A stretch of 64,000 nt of DNA from Brevinema andersonii (lineage in GTDB: Bacteria > Spirochaetota > DYKD01): assembly GCA_020722765.1 (NCBI GenBank), contig DYKD01000004.1, positions 10,250 to 74,249 of the forward strand, read 5' to 3'. The position numbers were made by a program, and so were the translations under genes. How positions within the stretch are numbered: position 1 is the first letter of the stretch; every line of letters begins with the position of its first letter. Under the pieces are notes generated by a model. That model did no database searches and was not told where the DNA came from. It was given only the letters and a program-made list of their open reading frames with translations. Of the stretch, positions 37,154 through 47,180 are shown piece after piece.

Positions 37154-38903
37154 AAGCAATAGGATCCCTTGCGTTATTAAGGTCAAATGCTTCTAAACGC
37201 TCAACACAACTACCACATCTTCCACAAGCGAGTTCACCGCCTTTATAACAAGTCCAAGTCAAAGCGTATGGCACGCCGATAGACAACCCTCTCCTTAGAA
37301 TTTCCGTTTTGTCAATGTCAATAAAAGGTGCCCAGATTTCAACGGGATAGTAATGACCAATCTTGAAGACTTCTCGCAGCGCATCTACATATTCTTTTCT
37401 ACAATCAGGGTAAATACTATTGCTGACGAGAAGTCCAGAGCCTGACCCTGCCACGAAATTATGATTCTCATCAACCTCGAGGTCAAATACAAAGGCGGGC
37501 TCATCTTCGACAATGTCAATGATTTCAACCATCCTTGATTCCCCAAAGGCGTTCATACTCTTTTTGAAGTCCTTTCTGCAAGAAATATAAAAAATGCCTT
37601 GGGAGTTTACATTGACTCCTACAGAGAAGCCCAAAACAGTACAAAGCCAGCAAACTTGCTCCTTCAAGGAGGGGGATTTAGTAACAAATTGAAATCCGGA
37701 TTCTGTCGTTTGGCAACCATCCCCTTTTATTAAAGTTTCAAGGAGTACTTGAAAGTTTATTTGCAGGCTGGTGAACTCGGCTGGAATTTCTTTCACTTCA
37801 GCTCGATTTCCACACATTCGGAAAACGTTAGTAGTAGGACCTGAGAACCAAATCATGTCTGGTCCTTCAGTAGGCCGAAAACCCCAAGCTTTGGCCACCG
37901 AAAGAATTTCTTCAAAATTACCTGGATTTTTTTCCTTACTTTGACTGATTCCAACACGAAAAGAATTCGCGCGTGGATCTGTTCCACTCCCAATGTTACC
38001 CTCAGTTAAATACCATGCTAATAACTTTGTGAAGTCGGTGCGACTGACATAACGGGACACCTTATTAGTTTCTTTAAACCAAATGTGTTTATCGTCATAA
38101 TCGAGCTGCTTGTGGTCAGGGCAAAATTGGAGTAGGTCAATAGACTCATTCGAGGAAGTTTCAAAACCATCCAATAAACCAGGGAACCCCCGAGCGGGGG
38201 TAAGAAGCCAATCACCAATCTTTAAATCTCTCGCCGGAATTTCCTCGACTGTTTTTTTCCAACCCCTGTGTTGATGGAAATCGGACCGAATTACGCGAAA
38301 CACCTTATGGTTAGAGGTCAACCGCAAATTACGGCCACCTCTAACCACCAAAGACAAAATGTCACTTCGCAACCCCACATCAACTTTTCTTAACACCTTT
38401 CGAAACGATAGTTCTCCCGTCGAAAGATTTTGTGAAAGCACAAAATCGCCTTCTTGCAAATCAATCACTTTCTTCTTACCCTTTTCGGTTGTCACCCACT
38501 CATCATGGGGAATGCAATGGTCACCTGCGTGGGCTGCGAATGAGACGGTGTCAAAGCCTATACTTGTTGCGTATCCATACGCGATACTTAACATAATCGT
38601 ATTACGTCCAGGCACAACGGTGGTCCTCATGGTTTCATCTCTATAATGCCCCTCAGGTACCGCAATTTGTGGGGTAGTTAAAGCCGAACCTTGAAGCAAG
38701 GCGGCTACTTTTGGCATCTCGAGGACTATGTGGCCCACCTTGTAAAACTTGCTAAGAGCAGACGCACATTGCAACTCTTTGCCGTGACGTTGCCCATAAA
38801 ACACCGATAAAGTCGTTACTTGCTCAAATGTTTGCCTCGCGAATGCCAGCAAAGTTGCTGAATCCATTCCACCGCTTAACAATACTACACACTTCTTCCC
38901 CAT
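37134..38903 (-). CDS. queC: 7-cyano-7-deazaguanine synthase QueC with intein
   Basis: SGGMDS, YGQRH..E, VPGRN, YPDCR, TWTCY..CGRCGSC.ER; start reassigned to 38903 (GGAGG upstream); 223 aa after intein removal. Confidence 0.93.
   Translation of the reverse strand: MGKKCVVLLSGGMDSATLLAFARQTFEQVTTLSVFYGQRHGKELQCASALSKFYKVGHIVLEMPKVAALLQGSALTTPQIAVPEGHYRDETMRTTVVPGRNTIMLSIAYGYATSIGFDTVSFAAHAGDHCIPHDEWVTTEKGKKKVIDLQEGDFVLSQNLSTGELSFRKVLRKVDVGLRSDILSLVVRGGRNLRLTSNHKVFRVIRSDFHQHRGWKKTVEEIPARDLKIGDWLLTPARGFPGLLDGFETSSNESIDLLQFCPDHKQLDYDDKHIWFKETNKVSRYVSRTDFTKLLAWYLTEGNIGSGTDPRANSFRVGISQSKEKNPGNFEEILSVAKAWGFRPTEGPDMIWFSGPTTNVFRMCGNRAEVKEIPAEFTSLQINFQVLLETLIKGDGCQTTESGFQFVTKSPSLKEQVCWLCTVLGFSVGVNVNSQGIFYISCRKDFKKSMNAFGESRMVEIIDIVEDEPAFVFDLEVDENHNFVAGSGSGLLVSNSIYPDCRKEYVDALREVFKIGHYYPVEIWAPFIDIDKTEILRRGLSIGVPYALTWTCYKGGELACGRCGSCVERLEAFDLNNARDPIAYEKHRP
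37419..38516 (-). mobile_element. Intein in QueC with LAGLIDADG endonuclease (366 aa)
   Basis: HAGDH/CIPHDE start; LTSNHK; LLAWYLTEG and LIKGDG; VFDLEV..HNF..LLVSN/S end. Confidence 0.9.
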
Positions 38904-38913
38904 AAAGACCTCC

Positions 38914-39552
38914 TCAAGCGGTAACTTCCGATTTCGTTTCTGTACCACTGAAACAACAATCACCACCGTTGCGATATGCTGTGACACACTCACTCATCGC
39001 AGCGAAACCATTTCTGACTCCTTCCCCTGAATGATAAAATGAGTGAGTATGTGCCCAAGGAATCCCATACAACCGTATAGCGTCTGTAATTGCTTCCTTA
39101 CTTGAAGACAAGAACAGAAACTGCCAGTTGTACTTTGTTTCTTGGTGACTTATCATATCGAAAATGTGTGACCGATGAAATTCAACGCTCGAGTTCTCCT
39201 GTCCGTCAGTAATGATGGCAAAAATGACTCGACTAGGCCGACACCGTTCAGGCATTTCTGCAAGGCGATGGCCGACCGAAATAATAGTCCGACCTATTGC
39301 ATCGAGTAATGCAGTCGAGCCTCGTGGTTGATAAGACCCAACAGTTAGAAGCGGAACCACTTCAATAGGCTTAAAATCATAAAGCATTTCAAACTCGTGG
39401 TCGAACTGTACAAAGGTCACGGTCGCTTTTCCGCGAATGATCTTTTGCTCATTAATGAAGTTATTGAAACCTTTAACCGCATCACTCTTGACCGGCCACA
39501 TCGACCCTGAACGATCGAGTACTACAACTAAATGAGTGTAATTTGGATCCAT
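38914..39552 (-). CDS. vWA domain protein
   Basis: MIDAS LDRSGSM, RGSTALLDA, ITDGQENSS. Confidence 0.9.
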   Translation of the reverse strand: MDPNYTHLVVVLDRSGSMWPVKSDAVKGFNNFINEQKIIRGKATVTFVQFDHEFEMLYDFKPIEVVPLLTVGSYQPRGSTALLDAIGRTIISVGHRLAEMPERCRPSRVIFAIITDGQENSSVEFHRSHIFDMISHQETKYNWQFLFLSSSKEAITDAIRLYGIPWAHTHSFYHSGEGVRNGFAAMSECVTAYRNGGDCCFSGTETKSEVTA

Positions 39553-39635
39553 TCATAACTCCTTTCTATCCAACCTTTATCCAAAAGCAAGAAAACAAAC
39601 CAAGTGAAAGGGTGTAAACACGAATTATTACCCAA

Positions 39636-40091
39636 TCAAAACCTTCCAGTGCTACCAACCCCATTTTCACCTCTTGCGTGCTCAGGCAGGAAGTCTACTA
39701 CTTCTATTGACTCGCCGACTGGTACTGGAATAGGAACAAGTTGTACAACCCGTTCACCTTTCTTAATAGAGAGGACTTCGTCCCCAACGTTGGTGATAAA
39801 CGGTTGCACAAGACCACGATACCCTGTATCGTAAATGGATTGGCATAGTAACCCTTTCGATCGCCATGAACTACGAGGCACAATGTGACCGTGCCAACCT
39901 TCAGGAATAGCAATTTTAATACCACAATCTAATTTAACTGTTTGACCTGGTGAAAGGGTATAATCCTGAGCGGAAAACAGATCATACCCTGCGTCATCGT
40001 GGTGCTTCTTAAACGGAGCAGCCGAATGAGGATATACAAGCTGTACAAGTAGTTTGAACTGGCTCATTATTTGTTTCCACCTCATCACCAC
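39636..40091 (-). CDS. dut: Trimeric dUTPase
   Basis: AGYDL, PRSS, DTGYRG, GERVVQ, RGENGVGSTG. Confidence 0.92.
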   Translation of the reverse strand: MVMRWKQIMSQFKLLVQLVYPHSAAPFKKHHDDAGYDLFSAQDYTLSPGQTVKLDCGIKIAIPEGWHGHIVPRSSWRSKGLLCQSIYDTGYRGLVQPFITNVGDEVLSIKKGERVVQLVPIPVPVGESIEVVDFLPEHARGENGVGSTGRF

Positions 40092-40127
40092 ATAAATTAA
40101 AGTATAGAGTGTAGAGACCCATTAGAG

Positions 40128-41576
40128 TTAGATCACGACCTCCTCAATTCTCTTGATCAAAGCGTCGCGACCTTGATCCAATAATTTCATTATATCAAAC
40201 AATTTCTCACTCCAACCTGCGAGAGCATACACGTTCTCCTCGGGAAATTGCAGTGTGCCATAACCTTGTAAGTCGAAACTAAACATTTTAGGTTCACATT
40301 GAAAACGCGTGCAATATTTCTTGAATTCTCGTTTTAAGTCATTACCTATCCACGCCTGCATGTCAGACAAGACAAAGATTCTGTCGTAGGCTTTGTTAAG
40401 AGCCCTAAAGATACACCTAAAATCGGTGCCATCCCACTTTGCGTGTTTCCTGATAAAGTTAATCGACCTAAAAATGTCCTCTTCGGGGTCAAGCTTCAAG
40501 TGCTTAGCGTCTTCCGAGAAAATCAGGAGGTCAGCGTTACTAGAATGAGTCAACGCAACCGCGAACATCGATCCAATATCGAAAGGCTTCCCAGACATGG
40601 AACCAGAACAGTCGAGGGCTACTAGACTCTCTCCTGGAAATGTCGGGACGTTTGACATAGAGATGCTCGCGGCGACGGAGATAGCGCTTTTAATCTCGTT
40701 TAAGATTCCTCGGTCTGTCAGACATTCCTCTAACTTTTTATATGCGGTGTGGAACCTAAAAGGTAGGACTAATGAACTAGAAATTAGTTCCTTATTGACC
40801 AACATCGTGAGAGCATCATTCAGAACCTCAGGAGCTTGTTCGTAAATGTTCCGCAAGTTACGCAACAACGCGAAATAGCCCAATCTACCAGTTCGGATTA
40901 ACTCTCTCCATGTTACCGCTTTAAGTGCTCGTTTTTCCTCTTCAGTAGACGACTGTTGTCCTACCCGAGTCATCATCGATTCCCAAGTACTTGCCGAACG
41001 CAATTTTCCAACGACTAGAGCCTTTAGAGCTTGTCCATTCCTCTCATTGGGTTTGGGTCGCACTAAGTTGACTACATCAACGAGCGAAACTTGATGCTTT
41101 TCACCACGATATTTTGCTAACTGGTAGGAATCGAATTTGTCGAAGGCTTGTGCCAAACCCTTCTTTAAGGCATTAGGAATCGGCCTTCTGTACTTCCTCA
41201 AATAGTATGACATAATTTCTGACATGTCATCGGGGCGGCGTACAACAAGATTGAAAAATCTTTTTGCCCATTCTTGCCCTTTACCTCTAACTAAGAACGC
41301 GACCTCACCAGCAAGAACGTGAGACACAGTACGCATCCCAAATTCGTTTCGTGCGAAGACCGCGACCTTAGCCACAAACAGTGGATCATCAACCTTGTAA
41401 ATGAGATCCACGAGACTTGCAAGGCTCTCCGTTGAAGACCGATAATACTGGTCTTCAACGAATGAGGTTAACGCTTGAGATGCTAGTGCTAACTTAGGCG
41501 AAACCGTGTAGGCTTGCCCACCAGCAAGATTTGTAGTCACGAACTTCTTCTTAAACTTTAAGTTGAATCTCGACAT
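40128..41576 (-). CDS. rsr: Ro60 / TROVE-domain RNA-binding protein
   Basis: TTNLAGG.AY, FARNEFGMR, YQLAKY, TWE, ALLRNLRN, LPFRF, vWA DCSGSM, GTD, LSDMQ. Confidence 0.92.
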   Translation of the reverse strand: MSRFNLKFKKKFVTTNLAGGQAYTVSPKLALASQALTSFVEDQYYRSSTESLASLVDLIYKVDDPLFVAKVAVFARNEFGMRTVSHVLAGEVAFLVRGKGQEWAKRFFNLVVRRPDDMSEIMSYYLRKYRRPIPNALKKGLAQAFDKFDSYQLAKYRGEKHQVSLVDVVNLVRPKPNERNGQALKALVVGKLRSASTWESMMTRVGQQSSTEEEKRALKAVTWRELIRTGRLGYFALLRNLRNIYEQAPEVLNDALTMLVNKELISSSLVLPFRFHTAYKKLEECLTDRGILNEIKSAISVAASISMSNVPTFPGESLVALDCSGSMSGKPFDIGSMFAVALTHSSNADLLIFSEDAKHLKLDPEEDIFRSINFIRKHAKWDGTDFRCIFRALNKAYDRIFVLSDMQAWIGNDLKREFKKYCTRFQCEPKMFSFDLQGYGTLQFPEENVYALAGWSEKLFDIMKLLDQGRDALIKRIEEVVI

Positions 41577-41577
41577 G

Positions 41578-42249
41578 TCACTGACTCCTTAACCGCAACT
41601 TTTCGAAACCAAGTTGCTCGATTACACCAGCATGCTTCGCGAGGATATCATTAATAATTTCCAGCGCACATTGTAATAACGAACTCAAATATTTTGTAGA
41701 TTTATAACGGAAGCTGTGAGAGCCCATCTCAGCTTGAGAGATTAATTCTTGGACGTAGTTATGTAATTCAAGGGCAGCACGAAGCATGTACTGGTTCCCT
41801 AAATACTCCACTTCCTCGACCAGCTTCTTGACACATTGTAAAGTGTCGGCCATCGCAACAATAAATCCTTCTTTGCCCTCCTTTTTAGCAGAAGCCCACA
41901 ACCCAGGGATCCAAGGGAGATCCAACTGCGTGGCTAACAACTCCATGGAAGTTTTGCTTACTTCCTCTAAAAGGCTTCTAAGCTTTGGGTGGAAATATTT
42001 GACGGTTCGAGGAATATCCGCGGATAGAACCTCATCAAAATCATGTACTAAAGCGAACGTCAATGCTTTACCGAGGTCAAGGTTCTCTCCATTCGCGATG
42101 CATTTTTCACCTATCACTAAGGTCAACACACAAACCTGGAAGGTGTGGTCGCTGACTGATTCAGGCTTAATAAGATATAAACCCGAGTACCTATTTATTG
42201 CACCAGCTTGAAGGACAGGAGAAAAAATTAGGCTTTTGAAGTCGGACAC
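41578..42249 (-). CDS. HD-domain phosphohydrolase (YfbR-like 5'-deoxynucleotidase family)
   Basis: RY..ESVSDH..HDFDE..DIP..K..AD. Confidence 0.85.
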   Translation of the reverse strand: MSDFKSLIFSPVLQAGAINRYSGLYLIKPESVSDHTFQVCVLTLVIGEKCIANGENLDLGKALTFALVHDFDEVLSADIPRTVKYFHPKLRSLLEEVSKTSMELLATQLDLPWIPGLWASAKKEGKEGFIVAMADTLQCVKKLVEEVEYLGNQYMLRAALELHNYVQELISQAEMGSHSFRYKSTKYLSSLLQCALEIINDILAKHAGVIEQLGFEKLRLRSQ

Positions 42250-42275
42250 GTTCTGCCTTACTCAGCGTATCTAGC

Positions 42276-42341
42276 GTCGGGAGAAACCCGCGATGACTCG
42301 TTTCGCCACAAATCGAAGTAAGTCATAGCTCACTACCCAAC
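42276..42341 (-). ncRNA. Candidate minimal Y RNA-like element
   Basis: Intergenic; ends pair (GUUGGG/CCCGAC), inner stem AUGACUU/GAGUCAU, UUACUUCG motif; one gene upstream of Ro60. Confidence 0.5.
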
Positions 42342-42366
42342 TACTTGGTATGAATAGATTGAACGA

Positions 42367-42684
42367 TTAAATAGGTGGGAGAAAAAACCGGAAAGGTTTA
42401 ACCCGGCCGTGGGTTTCCAAACGAAAAAAGAAAAACCAAGGAGCAGCCTTAACCCTTTCCATTACTTCCCACCATGTTTCCCAAAAATTAAAATTCCGGA
42501 GAAAACAAAGAGCGTCACGGCTTCTGCCGCTAGAGTCTTTTGTTTTAAGCAGTGACTCATTATCATCTGCTCGCGTGGGCTTTTCAGCCACGCAGTCGGC
42601 CAAACCTAATGGTAACGGTTTGGCAAGTACTGTCTCCATGATAGATCGAAGTAACGCTCTTTTCACTACCGGAATTGTGTTCAT
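42367..42684 (-). CDS. Hypothetical protein
   Basis: 105-aa ORF coupled to the upstream ORF (ATGA overlap); odd Phe/Trp-rich C-terminal half. Confidence 0.4.
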   Translation of the reverse strand: MNTIPVVKRALLRSIMETVLAKPLPLGLADCVAEKPTRADDNESLLKTKDSSGRSRDALCFLRNFNFWETWWEVMERVKAAPWFFFFRLETHGRVKPFRFFLPPI

Positions 42685-42884
42685 GGGTTAACCCAAAACT
42701 CTGAAGCTAGTGGCACCCTAACCCAATTATTGATGTCAGCCTTCCTATTACTAGTCAACTCCTTTACTAAAACGTCCTTCCTGATACGCATTGTCACACT
42801 TTTGTCTGGCTGATAATCCACTAACAGTAATAAAGTACCATCGGGAAGGTACTTAATTCGTAGCTGCGGTTGATACTGTAACAT
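42681..42884 (-). CDS. Hypothetical protein
   Basis: 67-aa ORF on the coding strand. Confidence 0.5.
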   Translation of the reverse strand: MLQYQPQLRIKYLPDGTLLLLVDYQPDKSVTMRIRKDVLVKELTSNRKADINNWVRVPLASEFWVNP

Positions 42885-42986
42885 CGATTAATAGTTAAAA
42901 GCGAAAAAACTTTATCAGATATTTCATTACTATTGCTCATACGCTGTTAAAATTGTACTGCATTCGTCAGGAAGCAACGTCAATAT

Positions 42987-43208
42987 TTACCCTGGTGAAA
43001 TTTCGCCCTTTCTGACTAATTCATCACATATCTCCACGATCAACCCATAATCTAAAGCAAGGTCCTTCATGATGTCGCTTGGAAAAATTTTTTCACCCCG
43101 GTGCTCCTCAAAGTAACATTTTATTTCCTCTTTAGCTTGCTCTCGAGGCACATTTCTGATTTTCAGAGACTTTGGCTTTGGCTTTTTCACTCGCATGAAA
43201 GTTATCAC
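42987..43208 (-). CDS. Small winged-helix-like protein
   Basis: IFPSDIMKDLALDYGLIVEICDELVRKGEI; first gene after the sigma70 promoter. Confidence 0.55.
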   Translation of the reverse strand: MITFMRVKKPKPKSLKIRNVPREQAKEEIKCYFEEHRGEKIFPSDIMKDLALDYGLIVEICDELVRKGEISPG

Positions 43209-43247
43209 CTTCCATCACGTCGTTCATTTTCTTTTGTTTTTTATTTT

Positions 43248-43276
43248 ATTATATAATAAGTAATTGCAATAGTCAA
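43248..43276 (-). promoter_or_regulatory. Sigma70-type promoter
   Basis: TTGACT-17 nt-TATAAT in an AT-rich intergenic gap. Confidence 0.85.
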
Positions 43277-43351
43277 CACAAAAATTAATGAAACATAAAA
43301 TTCAAATGTCATGATGTTGAAATAGCTTCAGCGTCAATTAAAAACAAGTGT

Positions 43352-43924
43352 CTACCTCCCACTATTGATCAAGCTCATAAGTTCCGCCCGCGCGGCTAGA
43401 CCTCTTTCAGTCACCTCCAAGAATACCCCAGTCAAACTACTAGTAACCATAACAGATTGCTGTTTCTCCACACCCCGACATCTCATACACAGATGCTGAG
43501 CTTCGATGACACACGCCGCACCTAAAGGGTCGATCAACTGATTAATCGCCTGGGTCACTTGTTGGCCGATACGTTCTTGAATCTGTAGCCTGCGGGCGTA
43601 CATATCTAAAATGCGTGCGAGTTTTGAAATGCCAATAATGCGCCCATTAGGAATGTAACCGATGTGTGCTCTCCCTGAAAAACTGAGCAAATGGTGCTCG
43701 CACGTCGAGTAAAACTCGACGTTTTTCAAAAGAACGAGCTCATTATATCCATCAGCATCAAAGGTCGTGACCAGGTCTTCAGGATTTAACTTATAACCAC
43801 CAAACATCTCCTCCCAAGACTGAACGACCCTTCTTGGAGTCTCCAACAATCCTTCTCTATTAGGGTCTTCGCCAATGTAAGACAAAAACTCCCTAATGTA
43901 TTCCTCCATCCTCGCGTTTGCCAT
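43352..43924 (-). CDS. folE: GTP cyclohydrolase I
   Basis: [33 protein letters not shown]. Confidence 0.95.
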   Translation of the reverse strand: MANARMEEYIREFLSYIGEDPNREGLLETPRRVVQSWEEMFGGYKLNPEDLVTTFDADGYNELVLLKNVEFYSTCEHHLLSFSGRAHIGYIPNGRIIGISKLARILDMYARRLQIQERIGQQVTQAINQLIDPLGAACVIEAQHLCMRCRGVEKQQSVMVTSSLTGVFLEVTERGLAARAELMSLINSGR

Positions 43925-43926
43925 GT

Positions 43927-45747
43927 TTATCCTCCGATATATGATTCACCGTGCTTAGAAAAAACGTTAATAACTTTTTCGACTGGCCCCCGGAAATATG
44001 GAAATTGAGTTATTACAAAAATAGAAGCGTCACGTATCTCCTGCATCTCTCTCAAAACCTGCATCCGCCCTGCGTTGTCAAGGCCGTCAAAGACCTCATC
44101 GAGCACTAGAAGATTCGTTTGCCACCCTGATACAGCTTCAAGCGTCGCTCGAAGCCCGAAACAAATCGACAAACATAACCTACGCGTTTGCCCAGAACTC
44201 AATGTTGTTAAGTTTACGTCTTTGCCGTTATAAGATAGACGAGCGCTGATTCTCGAGGCATCTTTAGGTGGAAATTCAAACACAACACTGACACCCTCGT
44301 GCCATAATCGATGAAGCCACTTGTTAGTATTTACAGTCAATAAATCTAGTGTTTGAGTCAATGCATACGCGATTACTCCTCTCGGGCCAAAACCATCTAG
44401 CCAATATTTTAAGGAGTCCAAATAACTTTGCGTTGTTTGCAAAAAGTACTGAGATTCCATCAATTTCAGGTTTAGGTCGCGTGTTGTTGCGTCGATTTGG
44501 TCACACGTCGCATGCAGTTTACTGGTTGTAGAGTGCAAGCTACGCAACTCTTGGTTGATAGCTGCGCTTCTCTTGACGAGGTACTCTCTCTTTTGCTCCA
44601 ATTCGTGAATGTTAGATACAACCCGATTTTGTTTCTCGATTAACTCTTGTAACCCTGCATTGGCTCTTTCGAACGCTTCTCCAACATCTTTAAGGTCGTC
44701 AAGTTGCTTTTTATATTCCTTTTTATAATCCACAACACATTCTGCGGCCTCATTCATCTTTTTCGAATGCATTTCTGGGGGAACGGGTTGTTCACATTCA
44801 GGACACACAGAGGGGAAATTCTTCCATTTTTCGTAGTTTTTTGTTGCTAACTCCAAATTAGCGCGCAACTCAAAGACCTTGCTTTGTGCCTCGTCCTTTT
44901 TAGCCCGTGCATTTTTGCAGAGATCGTGTGCGTCTTCAATACTTGCTGCGATGTTTTGTACGAGATCCCTCCGACTCAACAAATCATGATCGATTTCTTC
45001 AATCTCGTTGTAATTGTTTTGCAAATCACTTTCAAGAACATTGACCCTATCTGTTATAGTTTGTAGTTGCTCCTTAATACTTTCAGTTGATGGTAACGTT
45101 TGTAAGGTTTGTTGGTAAGAAGCTTCATCCCTGACCAGCTGGTCTTTAAAACCACTAAAAGTCGAAAAGACGTCCTTCACTCGTTCACGCGCAACCCCAA
45201 ACTGCTTCAACTGAGGCAGAACGTCGATTAAAATTTGTTTTCTCTTGGAGTCAGTTTCAAATGAAAATGAATTTTTCATGGAGGTTTCGGTAATAAACAC
45301 AAGTTGCGAAAACAAGTCGAACGAAATCCCCAAGCTCCCTTCAATCAAACGTTGTGTCAATGAGTTGCTTGAGAGAGTCTTTTCCTCGCCTCCTCGAAAA
45401 AATCGCACTTTATTTTTAAAGTCGGAATGTTGCCGATATCTTAAAACACTGTAACTTTCTTCACCGATTGTATAACAAACTTCGACGCTACAATCCTCCT
45501 TGCGCGACCAGCAAACAACATCATCTCCTGATACATCGCGTCCGCTAAGGTGAGGAAATTTTCCAAATAATGCCCACGCAATAGCTAAAAAAAGCGAAGA
45601 CTTGCCCGCACCGTTTGACTCGATCGAGTCAAGGTCTCCCTCAAGCTTGCCTTGTACCAAACACACGCCGCCTTCATCAAGGCGAATTGTAAAGTCTTCA
45701 AATGAACGAAAATTTCGCGCGTGAACCTGATTGAAAATAACCCTCAT
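43927..45747 (-). CDS. sbcC: SbcC/Rad50-like ATPase
   Basis: [13 protein letters not shown], zinc hook CPEC, LSSGQ, LDEVFD. Confidence 0.9.
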   Translation of the reverse strand: MRVIFNQVHARNFRSFEDFTIRLDEGGVCLVQGKLEGDLDSIESNGAGKSSLFLAIAWALFGKFPHLSGRDVSGDDVVCWSRKEDCSVEVCYTIGEESYSVLRYRQHSDFKNKVRFFRGGEEKTLSSNSLTQRLIEGSLGISFDLFSQLVFITETSMKNSFSFETDSKRKQILIDVLPQLKQFGVARERVKDVFSTFSGFKDQLVRDEASYQQTLQTLPSTESIKEQLQTITDRVNVLESDLQNNYNEIEEIDHDLLSRRDLVQNIAASIEDAHDLCKNARAKKDEAQSKVFELRANLELATKNYEKWKNFPSVCPECEQPVPPEMHSKKMNEAAECVVDYKKEYKKQLDDLKDVGEAFERANAGLQELIEKQNRVVSNIHELEQKREYLVKRSAAINQELRSLHSTTSKLHATCDQIDATTRDLNLKLMESQYFLQTTQSYLDSLKYWLDGFGPRGVIAYALTQTLDLLTVNTNKWLHRLWHEGVSVVFEFPPKDASRISARLSYNGKDVNLTTLSSGQTRRLCLSICFGLRATLEAVSGWQTNLLVLDEVFDGLDNAGRMQVLREMQEIRDASIFVITQFPYFRGPVEKVINVFSKHGESYIGG

Positions 45748-46703
45748 TCACTGTCCTCGAGGAAGCTTGATCCCAACGCTTCAATGTCAGGATCTAACTT
45801 TTGTTGTCGTGCGAATTGGGTAATTAATTCGTCGATGTTACTTTCACATGCAACGTGAGGAGCATTCCCTTCATGCGCCACATGTTTAAAAACCCAAGAA
45901 GACGCACCTTTCTCTTGTAAAACTTTGACTATTAATTCTAGATTGTCTCCAGAAGACAAGGCTATTTTGACGTTTTTATCTTTTAAGTCCTTGCCTTTAA
46001 TATCCTCAAAAGTTCCTTCAACAAAACGCTCCGCAATTGGAGATAACATCATTTTTAACTCGCTACCACCTTCCCACAACCACATGAACTTTTCTTGCCC
46101 AGCTTCTGCAAACGAGTGCTGCCACGGTGATCCAACATTTATAACGGTTGTCTCCCTCCACGTCAAAATCTGGGGTTTATGTAGGTGTCCGTTAAACACG
46201 AGACGAAATCTTTCAAGGTGCTCGAACTTAATGGAGGATTTAGCTGGTACATGCTCGTTCAGGCGTAAAGAGTGTATCATTTGATGCATGAATAATGCTT
46301 CGCCCTTAAATTCAGGAGTCTCTGTTATTTCCAGAAAAATCCTTTCGGGAAGTGATGGCATAAACCACATATTGTTGAAAGTTTGAGGCGTCTCGATAAT
46401 AAGGTCAGCGTAATTCCTAAACGCTCGAATGGTCGATATGGGTTTTTCGAAAAACACCTGATCATGATTGCCTGACAACAAAATGGTCTTAAAATTTATT
46501 GGATGATCAAAAAAGTCAAGGACTTCCAATAAACATTCCCACTTCACAGAATCAGGAGAGTCAAAAATATCGCCGATTACTACCAACGTGCCTCCTTTTA
46601 GGAAGTCCGTAACAAAACCGGCCCATTCACGAAACGTTTCCAAATTACGTGGTGTGACGTGTAAGTCACCCGTAATTAAAAATGGGAAAGCAAACAAAAT
46701 CAC
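45744..46703 (-). CDS. sbcD: SbcD/Mre11-like nuclease
   Basis: GDLH, GDIFD, GNHD, GHLH, GSP.Q..F.E. Confidence 0.9.
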   Translation of the reverse strand: MILFAFPFLITGDLHVTPRNLETFREWAGFVTDFLKGGTLVVIGDIFDSPDSVKWECLLEVLDFFDHPINFKTILLSGNHDQVFFEKPISTIRAFRNYADLIIETPQTFNNMWFMPSLPERIFLEITETPEFKGEALFMHQMIHSLRLNEHVPAKSSIKFEHLERFRLVFNGHLHKPQILTWRETTVINVGSPWQHSFAEAGQEKFMWLWEGGSELKMMLSPIAERFVEGTFEDIKGKDLKDKNVKIALSSGDNLELIVKVLQEKGASSWVFKHVAHEGNAPHVACESNIDELITQFARQQKLDPDIEALGSSFLEDSE

Positions 46704-46721
46704 TCCTTAAAAACATTAAAC

Positions 46722-46751
46722 AAAACAAGGAGAAGGTCTTCTCCTTGTTTT
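46722..46751. terminator. Possibly bidirectional terminator
   Basis: AAAACAAGGAGAA-GGTC-TTCTCCTTGTTTT inverted repeat with T runs on both strands. Confidence 0.7.
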
Positions 46752-46784
46752 TGTTCTTTGATAGGTTACATATAGACGTACACC

Positions 46785-47150
46785 TTACTTGCGTCTATAC
46801 CCTCTCCTCATAGCCTGTTTAACTAAAGTGTCGGTCTTAGGCTCAATTGTCTGTGTTACAGTTGTAGACAGCTGGCGCACTTGTGCCTCATCTGGACAAG
46901 CTCGTGCCGCTAGAGCAAGACCAAAACTCAATGACACGTTAACAACGTTCAGCATCGCGATGACTTCTTCATCACTAAACCCGCTATTAACCATGTCATT
47001 CAGTTCTGATGCTCTTGCTTGCAACGCAACGATAGAACTGTTCAACAAGTCCGAAACAACGCCAGGGTTCTTACAATACACACTACACCCCACTAGCCCG
47101 GCTAAAGATAGGGACAGCACCAGCAACCCAACAACAATTTTTTTGAACAT
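46785..47150 (-). CDS. Lipoprotein
   Basis: Signal peptide MFKK-hydrophobic core-LVGC lipobox. Confidence 0.7.
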   Translation of the reverse strand: MFKKIVVGLLVLSLSLAGLVGCSVYCKNPGVVSDLLNSSIVALQARASELNDMVNSGFSDEEVIAMLNVVNVSLSFGLALAARACPDEAQVRQLSTTVTQTIEPKTDTLVKQAMRRGYRRK

Positions 47151-47180
47151 ATACTGTTCCTCCTTGTTTTTTATAATTGC

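Noticed and set aside
32024-38516. Both inteins come out at 366 aa
   Set aside because: Sequences are dissimilar outside generic splicing blocks; treated as coincidence
38904-38993. N-terminal extension of QueC in the ORF track
   Set aside because: Overlaps the vWA gene; GGAGG supports the start at 38903
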